Shown here: piece after piece, positions 31,401 to 39,200 of the stretch
Layout of the letters: each line of letters starts with the position of its first letter
How positions within the stretch are numbered: the first letter of the stretch is position 1
Sequence record: NC_048821.1
Strand: one strand, 5' to 3'
DNA length: 64,000 nucleotides
Program-made: the position numbers and the translations under genes
The notes under the pieces: generated by a model
The model's database searches: none
What the model was told of the DNA's origin: nothing
The model's input: only the letters and a program-made list of their open reading frames with translations

Positions 31401-33074
31401 CCATTCACTCCGTTGTCTAATACCGCGTGTACAGCCACTGGGGATAATGGTGACGCCTTTACGGGTACCATTAAAACGGATGGTACGTTCGAAGTTGAAG
31501 TATGGTTCCCTGAGTACCGTACTCACAAAGTCGACATATCAGCACCAGATAAGACTTACCTAGGAACTTACTCTCTGGTAGTGACCGCAGACAACATCAT
31601 TGATGAAATGCCTTACTCAGCTAACGTTGCAACCACGGGTCAACCGGCAACAATGGCAGTGAAAGTCGTGAACCAAAGTGATGTTGCGGTAGAGGACACT
31701 GTAGTTACTGCTCACTTGGGTGACCCAAGTAATCCGGCAGTGGTGACAGCGAACACCGACGCCAGAGGTATTGCGACCATGAATGTTCCGGCTCCAGCGG
31801 AAACAGGTAAAACGACGGTCTACTTTAAGAACGGTACTTCGGTACTTGACGCAGAGGTGGATTGGAAACCTGTGGAAGAATTGGTCGGTAAGACATTCGA
31901 AGATGTTGTGACGTCATCTCCAGCTGAATACGGCCAACCAGCTACAATCAGTGGTAAGCTGTTAGATCAGAACGGGGACGTGTTACCGGGTCGTAACCTT
32001 GGTGTGTATCACTTGAACGGAGGTACGTTGTTGAATACCACTGTAGTGAAGAACGATGGAACAGGGTTTACTCTGGAAGTTGGTCCTTTAACTACAGGAA
32101 CACATCAGTTAGTGTTGTTCACGGGTAATGCTGAACGTTATGAAGAGATTACATGGAACGTGGAAATTCCTCCTATTGGAAAACTAGAAACGGTCTCGTT
32201 CTCTTCAACGAAGGCCCCAAGTGGTCAACCTGCCAAAGTTCACTTCTACGTCCTTGCACCTAACTACGGTCGCGTCAAAGACGTTCCGGTAACTGCACGT
32301 TGGGGTAATGCTCAGGGTGAAGTTATTGCAACAGAAATGACGAACTCTGAAGGCTTGGTAAGTTACACCTTACCGGGAACGAATGAGTCTGGTGATCGAC
32401 TAGGCACACATACGGTTTACGTTGAAGTTGGTGGTAAGTCCATCACGGATACCGTGGAGTGGGTGGACGATGAATTGATCGGTGAATCCATCATTGAAAT
32501 CGACAACATGCAGAACATCGAATACGGGGAGAAATTCCTAGTTCGCATGACGGTCAGAGATCAAAACAACGAACCTATCCGTAATCCGGGATACAGTCTG
32601 TTCCAACCTAAATCTCGTCAAGAGGTTATCAATCTGGTTCGAATCGACTACCCGGGTGATGATGTGGTGTTCCAAGCAACCGCACAATCAAGTTCAGTAA
32701 CGGAGTTGTATGTGGGTACTGATAATGACTATCGTGTTATCCCTGTTAACTGGGATTACGCTAACGACATCATTAAACCAGTGACCGCAGCGATCGATGT
32801 TGATGTTCCTGAGTATCATCCTGTGGGTGTTGACTCAATAGTGAAAGGTAAAGTGCTCGACACCAATGGTTTAGAGTTCCGACCAACCACTATACTGAAG
32901 CTGAAAGCACGTCGTGTTAGCGATAATTCAGAAACTGAGTTGACGGTCATGCCAGATGGCGAATGGGCGTTTGTTGTGAACGAACCTACTGAGTCTGAAG
33001 TAGTGTACAAGTTAATGTACGGCAACGTAGAATTAATGGAATACACGGCTAAGTTCGGTACTCCTGCAAGCTAA
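22491..33074 (+). CDS. Giant Ig-like (Big/invasin-type) repeat protein, 3527 aa; probable virion fibre/adhesin
   Basis: About 12 super-repeats of roughly 290 aa containing TD(E/K)(F/Y)GI.EF, G.(L/V).DQ.G and DG(T/S)(F/W) motifs; rich in Thr/Val/Gly/Asp/Glu. Confidence 0.8.
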   Translation: MAGIIRGNLLDAEGNEVNPGKPVTLKAVRSDGLPDVTITTNDSGHWSLEVNAEVDSQVDFTFIYNGVDVGAHAVRFIETAEVVTLPYSNFRVKVGNTGVIAFAVKDDQGNGVPYADVTIHRDDENSEPVTTLRTDQFGIVTYTVPPHNVYERVGFWAKSGGTTAFWGVQYEDGEEEFAISMANFHYTEQLGLGNELLVMGGGNDPWGSLIYNPPKVLFNKDTLTEVTYTEISDDLTNNVFLTVAGLSEGNHNFVFAMESEYREFVVECGDFQEETINTVKRHYPTATKFFVNMWSTLEATVQVDGVDYKPHGVVYMTVERNEDSIQSLVWPNGKFGYPVSGKNGDVYQYTIKNGDAEVLAEHPAYVVDGSVKLCEYSVDTLPTLGKGTVAFAIVDDEEKPVTGGFTLVNPGTNASEQVEVTDEFGIVEVEVSRASGENETFVLCSIGGFASVNHKVTFTGAPVASEFRNLDIPTQGDTETPITVTGQVYDQGGSAFKPPRLGVFDKQSLTHQAFDASLIGSDGTFSFEYGPLSQGQHDLVLGSSGIISEKRTHWSIGFPDGLRTERMNYSTYPNAYVGDDAIVAVRASIVEDGLLVPVVGVPATAYINGPGVTDVELETKLTDANGIAEFNIPASVNETTLNGNYAITMVVGPNVVRTDITWLEGSDVISGFSDLDYNPTINTGGELVYTYRPLNQDGQPMADRGVYVTPIDHFQIGAYNATIYENADGSYTAEFPTMEDGTYDVVFHSGNAQERMSLTWGAYPVINPTSVLLDFLSPTSGVVGSDAIVSGKIVDENGSVIRPTAGMRLTVRDETGSEIHVRVKPDGSWSFAANSTIAKTKSYNILHSGTNLYVHQIDFHETPTVTFTDYTGDKVAKTHEAMLATVVKDVDGNGIPGMLVEYKNDDTHYGSVITDEFGIAEFTIPFNLETIVSPTVEQDYVVAHISDTISDDVTVRWAGDDENSAIEIIDLVVDSDVYEGTTATITGRLIGSLGTNDNAWMWLTVFNKTTLESKMFNNNIMLDGTFEIEVGPYPMGLNQLVIATNSYTTPISLEVTEAPIVLKELRTLPYSTSKVKSAGSATLAYAAINSLDKAMVGETVELRLASDTGILLDTVVTDKYGIAEFTVPDNESTPNTGDVTYVAVSGEFSAQSTASWGETGVVIESLDGFEATGLVSSGAKGVIKLSPLSKLVYDSGSFAQDPNGKLTPWETMTHVRGATINVFDKVTLTAIPHSRVNVDVDVGGEKFDIYTVDALPDGFYDLVVYSDNAIETATMTWDTETELAKPDRFVLTNSITTAFVQNDTNQWLDGDVQSTSGPAFELTGYVEPVMVGSQEHPVWITPKGRFVTKLSEPRSEGVHSYDFKVDGTVVDTKTITFYDSLNVELLPYTTPNPVKGKVATIAAVVKDGSGEVVPGACVTLTPGARITYEHSVNLNSDFNGSVEMTWEYDEAYPEFTLITGCNGKRNGERQLLRWVESPELTGDSFETLVVPEKVVGDDKATITGKILDQEGNPYANGELLVYNKITMTSTDLTTAIQPDGTFSTELGPYPFNAYELIFATRGNVDRRTAVWGGSGILASIEIDPDSGTRGLLGDTVEIFGSSTDTIGTPFTPDEGIYTLDVVNDKNDDVLPTVIDAQGNWSFNATHDVSETVTYTFKDGETVLATHAVEFFEGAGTLRNFDAPSTVKVGLNEDFTLTGKVYNTMNKLYRPIVEELFTLVLDETTEFQGTIHTDGTFSVKPTNDKVETQSFTFKVGEDTYDTVDIKWCQTVSLAFNADSQPKAVVGDDAYVSIRVVDENGESVTGRTVEFYEGEVTGEPLDTEDVYSETYIGYWPKEATEVGDVVITAKLGGIQDTLTLSWVGNDPKIAAGFGRKTSRTGYVVDTKPASGTTATLRGTVVDQDGTPLAGPQFLKVFDQGSFDLTDYSAQVQADGTFDIELPVKPDGTYNYSLVTEGNVGSIRGISWDAENEDLKAVKLDASVPTQVNVASTHTLQGTILDSAGDTIAPAKSITVYVNSSEGNTYEFTVTPDGTWSFAYTFSNEGDVLFDFHTYQGKYLGSVTITVEEAAPVFTSIEWVGEQPTEGMVGESVKLTAVTLDQYGNPIDGVSVRPFINGEPQNAFRSPPGGSWSLDYTSTEAGPVLYEFGWEPDVARIGHTVEWKLPVDSIEVMRYSDSNAVPGQTAFVPFAALDSSGKGIAGVPIALHLDSASGTLLTTVTTNEFGIAEFSVPQKGSNANRLIYAKYGDIVKERRQWWANDPLTPPTGFANLTVTNPVPEGERALVSVQAVASDGSPRPLSTVGIFDPEILDQVLFNRVTTGESKSHLLDFAHSGTGTKTYILTTDAGRQEFSVTWESKPAVTPNDLVFDADSPESLVVGEWNTLSGKLAVDGVPVTELDHYVKATMTVGGKESYLDLDVSKGTFRVLVKPTAAGTENYDFKLNGTSVVVKSFRHSDNVTLNDVSVLSVTTPQIGDPVVLSTVVKDSEGNPIPKLPVTFKLAGGNTLATLNTDVKGMVTHSVPYQSGTMSSDFEIKVGSVVETVTATWKPTNELIDVAFEGLTTPATVYDGELAKVTGKLINQQNNGTSTTKFEIYHRGLLTHTSHATDVQPDGTFDFNIGPFAVGVNEFYFIINGKRIERSIEYIERTDPELNRVELDEGNPTSGFSGENLTISGKGYDQYGDPIANAQVQWAISGDAQPALTTGPDGSFSTTVTHNTNASITYRFGGNDGIPVANLSIAWTVATSNTMAFVGTSQCKQTQNNEANIELYVKDQDGVGVQDAQIVIRDQGSETPIATLTTNVRGLASYAIPYEAGNDNRTIEATLDQLTETLDITWYPAVTKYATGFTRLYMDNRPASGKSTTVRGQLVDQDGNPITTASTLGIFNTITLENYDYIDRLQPDGTFEFEYGPEADSNYPISLFTDAGHFDETIIWDLNNADMKRVVFDNNIPRMTKSNGRVSLHGTFVDSDGNPFTPLSNTACTATGDNGDAFTGTIKTDGTFEVEVWFPEYRTHKVDISAPDKTYLGTYSLVVTADNIIDEMPYSANVATTGQPATMAVKVVNQSDVAVEDTVVTAHLGDPSNPAVVTANTDARGIATMNVPAPAETGKTTVYFKNGTSVLDAEVDWKPVEELVGKTFEDVVTSSPAEYGQPATISGKLLDQNGDVLPGRNLGVYHLNGGTLLNTTVVKNDGTGFTLEVGPLTTGTHQLVLFTGNAERYEEITWNVEIPPIGKLETVSFSSTKAPSGQPAKVHFYVLAPNYGRVKDVPVTARWGNAQGEVIATEMTNSEGLVSYTLPGTNESGDRLGTHTVYVEVGGKSITDTVEWVDDELIGESIIEIDNMQNIEYGEKFLVRMTVRDQNNEPIRNPGYSLFQPKSRQEVINLVRIDYPGDDVVFQATAQSSSVTELYVGTDNDYRVIPVNWDYANDIIKPVTAAIDVDVPEYHPVGVDSIVKGKVLDTNGLEFRPTTILKLKARRVSDNSETELTVMPDGEWAFVVNEPTESEVVYKLMYGNVELMEYTAKFGTPAS

Positions 33075-33083
33075 TGTAAAGTA

Positions 33084-33116
33084 ATAACTCAGGTGGGTTA
33101 GACCCACCTGAGTTAT
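33084..33116 (+). terminator. Intrinsic terminator
   Basis: 15-bp perfect stem ATAACTCAGGTGGGT-tag-ACCCACCTGAGTTAT followed by CTTTATTTT. Confidence 0.85.
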
Positions 33117-33221
33117 CTTTATTTTCCACTTATTTAAACCCCACTGAGAATTTATTGAACGAAACGCGTAACTGGGTTCTCCCTTGGCCCGGTGTGTATA
33201 ACAAGCAAAAGGAAGATACTA

Positions 33222-36200
33222 ATGACGGGTGTTATTAGAGGAAACTTGTTGAAAGGTGACACGACGGTAAAACCTGATGGACCCGTCAGTCTTACCTTGA
33301 AACGAGACGATGGACTTCCAGATACGGAAGTCGTAACTGATGCTGATGGTAACTGGCAAGTCGAGGTTGAGTCGGCAACGAAAAAGAAAGTCAAATTTAG
33401 TTTCTTTGACAAAAGCAAACCGCTTGGTGAACACGAAGTGGAGTTTGTCAAGGAATTGGAAATCATTCCTGCATCCGGTCGATTCACTAAAGAAAACCTG
33501 AATGGTTTCCACGGTCGATTAATTGATCAAGATCTGAATCCGATCTCTGATGCGGAGATCACTTACAAACGTAAGTACGACGACGCTGAAAACTGGATCG
33601 AAAGCAGCGTCACAACAAACGAACACGGTTACTTCAACGTAATGTGGGGGATTAACGAACTGGAGCCTAAGAAGCTTTACATTCAAATCTCGTACGGGGA
33701 TTTGAGTGATGAGTTTACTTACGACTTTTCTGATGGTTCTTTAACCACTTATTTTGTTGACCCTGTGGGACAAGAAGAGTTAGCCCCGGGTGAGACCTTG
33801 AAAGTAGTCGGACGTGCATTCCCGAATTACGGTTCAGGTGACGTTAACCTCACCGAGGATGCGTTCCTTGGTCACTTTGTGGACAACCCACTTTATTTCG
33901 TGGATAACAGTGAATCATTAGAGAGTGGCGGTAAGTTCTCCATCGATGTGGATGGGACACACGCCACTTTAATGAGTAACAACGGTAACCTAGAAGTAAA
34001 ACCACCTGTGGTTCAGGGGTTAAAGCCGCCCGCGATTATGCGATTTGGTGTACGCAGCGTGCTTATCAACAACCCGGATCTGCATTACAGTGGAAGTTTC
34101 CCACTTACTTGCTCGGTGTATACAGCGGATTACAAAAAGCCGAATGTGGATTCTAGTGAGTTGGAATTCTACGATTTCAATAACTCCCCGCATTCTTACG
34201 GCAGTTACCTGACAGAAGGTAATGACCGTTGGTATGCTGGTGAAGACTTTGTTAGTATTCGGGAAGGTGGGTATAAACACACAGTACTTTGTCGTGGCCG
34301 ACCACTAGCCGATAATTACGTCCGCTGTTTTACTGACGGTGATATGCTTAACTTGGTAGGCGGCACTAGAAACTGGGTCCATGTGGGCAACGAAGTCGTA
34401 AACCGTCTTGCGTTGACTGACAACCAAGGAAATCCAAGATCGGGAGTAACGGTTTCTTTCTTCAAAGGAGATTCGGAAACAGCGTTCCGTCAAGCAACCA
34501 CAGACGACCTAGGTTTAGTGGAAATCACGCTCCCTACGGAGAGTGAAGTAACTCGCACCTTTATGCGTGCAGAAGCAGATGGTGTTGAAGCAACATGGTA
34601 CAATGACTGGGTCCCAGTCACACTAGAAGTTGTAGAGAGTGTTTCTACACCTTTCCTTCCGGTTTATTTTGACCGAGATTTCTTCATGTTTTTAACTACT
34701 CCTTTGGGTAAAGATGGTCAACCATTTAACCCTCAGGACAGTGGTGTATACGAAGGTCTCACGATTCAGTTATTAGACCGTTGGTACGTTCGTCCTTACC
34801 TCAGTAAGCGCGATGGGGCTTGTGAATACCTCCTTCCACTACAAGACGATACCAACCCAATTAAAGGCGGTCGGTTATCTATGACCTGTGACCACTTCCA
34901 CACAGAAAAAGATGTCGTGGTTGGTAAGCGTGTGGGATTAAACCCACTGCCTTACGCTCAGGGAACAAGTGTTGCTAATCAAGACCTAACCACTGGGTGG
35001 TTGTTGTTGGACGACGCTCTGGAACCAGTAGAAGGTGGTGTGATTGATGTCTGGATCGATGATCGAAGTGGTGCAGTAGATCATAAACTAACCACCGACA
35101 AATACGGGATTGTGGAAATCACAGTTCCTTTTAAAGAAGGTGAGTTGGTACGCAAAGCTTACGCTAAACACGGGACGGATCAATTTGAACTAGAATTGAT
35201 GTGGACTGAGAAAAACGCAGCTTGTCAAATTACGATCACTCCTCCTCAAGGTGACATCGGTGTCGATGAACTCGTCACGTTTGACGTACGTTCGTTAGAT
35301 CAACACGGTAACGAAGTTAATGAAGAATCCCCAGTTCTCTTTAACATGTATGGCTTCTCTAACCTCGGTGTTTACGACAAAGTCACACACAAAGTCGAAT
35401 ACCTTGGGTCAGACCGCACTACCGATGTAAACGTACAGACTAACGATAAAGTTGGTGAGCAAGAGTTGGTGTTCTTTACCGAAGCTGGATTTAAAACGGT
35501 TAAGTTCAATGCCATCCAACGTCCGGTTCGTAATACAGATCGCTTAGAGTACAGCTCGAGTACCGCATTCCCTGATTCTGAAGCCTTGGTCGGCTTCCGT
35601 GTTTCTGATGATAATGGGCAAGGTGTTCCGGGTGAAACTGTCGAGATTCGATACTTAGGTGAAGAAGTCGATAAGTTAGTAGGCAATACTTGGATTAAGG
35701 TTCACGAAGGTGGGTCTGACGAAGTCATCACAACTTTGACTACGGATGAGTTCGGTATTGTCGAATTCCCTACCACCATGCCAACGGATACCGGAACTCA
35801 TAGCTGGAGTGGTACAACGGTAAGTGCGGGTCCTAAAGACAGAAAGGGTAAAACAGACGTTTACGTCCATTGGCGTGACGGGATTATCACTGACCTGAAG
35901 AATGTGAAGTCGATCCCGGTTACCGAGTCGGGTGAGAAAACGGTGTTCTCCGCAGAGTTGTGGGAAAACGTCAGTGCTGACAACCAAGTCATCACTGAAG
36001 ACAACATGCACATTCACGTTTACATAAAAGAACTAGATCGTACTCTAGAGAACACGGGCACTTTCTATAAGGGTCATAAAGTTTGTTCAATAGATGAGGT
36101 CTTACCGGACGGCACATACCACGCGGTACTCTATGTTCAGAACGCACAACACGAGGTTACTTTATCGTGGGGTTCTGTGGCAGGTGTTAATCCGACTTCA

Positions 36201-39200
36201 TTGGTTTACAACAACTTTGTTCCTAAGAAGTTCCCTATTGGTGCGCGTTACATATCTTCGGTCAGCCTTAACGATGATGACGGTAAGATTACTGCAATGA
36301 CTAGAGCGGTTAATGTAGAGGTTTACAACTCTGACAACCAAGTCATGGGCGAAGGTGTAATCGATGTTGATGGTAACGGTCGCATCCAATGGTCTACCAA
36401 CTACGGTACTCCGAACCCAATCGAAACGTATGAGTTCCGAGATGGTTCAAAGGTGTTGTTCTCTATGACGGCTGGTCTTGTTACGTGGCCTAAGATTAAG
36501 ATGACTCCTTACAACCTAACCAACCCGGTTATCGGTCAAACCATTACCGTTGGCGCGTTTGTTGAGAACGAGGAAGAGACGGAAGCAGTAGATGGCATCT
36601 ATGTGACGATGGAAGACAACTACGGTAACTTGCTTGCTGAAGGGGAAACGGATGAATTCGGTTTCTTTGACATCAGCTATGACCGTATTGGAGAAGAGTC
36701 ACATATGTTCGTTCGAGCTAAATGTGGTCAAAGTTCTAACTATGAGACCGCTCCTTGGACTGACACCAACTCACCTCGTTGGGTAGACTTGCAGCTCACC
36801 AACCCACCAACTAGCGTGGATAACGACGGAAGTGTCTTCATGAACGGTATGATGCGGGATCAGGATGGTAATCCTGCTGACCGTGTTGCTTACAGCGTTT
36901 ATGATGTTCGTAACCGTAGCAGTATCGGTGGTCGTAGTAAATCAGACGGTCGCATCGAACCTTCCTTGGACAACATTGCATTGGGTAAAAACCCTGTCGT
37001 TGTAACTAGTGCCAACGGGATGGTTAGACATGTGGTCAATTACAAAAAGATGCCGGCGTCTGCTGATATCGTAAGTGGTCATAGTGAAGCCATGGCCTTT
37101 GATGGCAATCCTGAGGTCACTTATCAGCTGAAGGATAGTGAAGGGAACAACTACGTGCCTAACGAGGGCGAGGTGGTAAACTTACTTACTCAAAGCGGGC
37201 GCTACCAGAAACACGGCACCCCAGTAGGTCCGACGGGTTTAGTTACGATGCCTTGGTTCAGTAAAGGTATAGGGCATGAAGTCTACATCCTTGCTAACGA
37301 AGACATGTCTAAGGCTCTCAACACCACGCCTACTGAGCACATTGCGATTAAGGAAGTTAAAGTATTCCACGCTAGTGACTACCCTCAGTCTGGTGACCCG
37401 GGCATCATGTTGGCAAACGTTCAAGACTTTAACGATAACCCTATCCCTAATATCGAGTTCCGTGTGAAAAGCACTACCGATGGTTTCGAGTTAGATGCGG
37501 TTTACAAAACTGATGCCAACGGTGTTGGTAAGGTGTTGTTAGCCGGCCAGTCTGACGGAACAAACATCTCGGTCGAATTGACCTGTGGTAATGCAGTTAC
37601 AAGCTACTCTATTGGTTGGGAAGATGGAGGTGAGTCTAGTCCCGGAACGGTGATTTTAGATGCATTACCTTCGGAAGCTTCGGAAGACGACAATCTTCCA
37701 ATTACAGGTAAAGTTGTTGATAGTGAAGGGAATGGGATTAGTGACGCGTTCGTTTACTTGTACATAGGGACGCCGAATAGTACCTATTACCAAGAGGACT
37801 CTGTTAACGCGGATGCCGATGGACGTTTCTCTATCACCCCTTGGCTGGAATCAGGAAACCTCAAGTTCCTTGTAGTTAACGGGAACGACTTTGATAGTGC
37901 CGAAGTATTGTGTTACTCAACACCTATGGTTACTATGACTAACCTCACTATTCGTGATATTCACGAAAATCAGCGTGGTCGTGTCTCTGCCCTCTATAAG
38001 GACAGATACGGTAATCCGGTCCAAGGTGAAACTGTTGAGTTCCGATTTGACAGCGCAAGTGGTGAGTTAATAGATACCAAAACCACTAACGAGAAGGGTC
38101 ATGCGTGGACTGAAGTTACTTGGACGCAAGCACAAGGACACAGTGAGATTTACGCTGTTTGTAATGAGGCATCGGACTCTACCTACATTAATGTTGCAGA
38201 AGCGGGTGATGTCGCTCCAGTGGTTTCTACTATCGCTTGGCACAACAATGTTGGTTTCGTTCATCCAGAAATGCCAGCACTGATAATGGGTAAGGTATTA
38301 GACCAACACGGCAACCCGTACTCTAAAGCGGAGGTGAACTATTATCGTCCTGACATCGGATCAAGGAATATGACTTATACTGACTCAGATGGTAACTTTA
38401 CCTTAGAGGTCAGTCCGGGTCGTTTCGATCCTACCCGTAAGGATTTGTTTGGTGTACGTGGTAAGTTTACTGAGATCGCTCCTAAGTGGAACATGGGAAC
38501 CAAGTTCAAGTCTGGAGCTATTAAGTTTAACAAACCTGATTTTCCTGAAGGCATTCCATACGACTCAACCATCACCTTATCCGGTACCGTAAAAGATACC
38601 GATGGAAGCATGGCTGAAGTGGGTGACGCTGTAATTAAACTGAAGGCGCGCGTTCGATCTGAAGGTTCGGAGCTAGGGTTGAAAGAGTTCACGGTTTCAC
38701 CTGACGGTACTTGGTCTGTTGACATCCCAACGCCGGATAAAGAAATTAAGTTCGATGTCTGGTTGGAAGATGAATACGGGAATGGTTGTGATCGTGTCGC
38801 ACTTTGGGCAGGTCCACCTAAGACCAAGACACTAGCGTTTGCTCCACCTACACATGACTACATCCCTGAAGGTCAGAATCATACACGAGTGGTTTACTAC
38901 TTGCTGGATGAAGAAGGCAAACCTATGCCTAACGTATCCATCGACTTTAAATATAAAGGCGATGCTGATTCTCGTTGGAATTATGGTTCAATGGATCGTA
39001 CGGATGAAGATGGTCACGTTAACACCCGTATTCAGTTACGCAACAGCACGACTATTGAGTTACGTATTAAAGCTGAAGGGTTAACGACCAAACACACTAT
39101 CGTCAGAACAAGTGATCCGGTCGGCACGAACTTAGTTGGGGTTTATTACCCAGACTCAACCAGTGTCTCTCGTGGATTAACTGGTTGGGCTAAGTTAACT

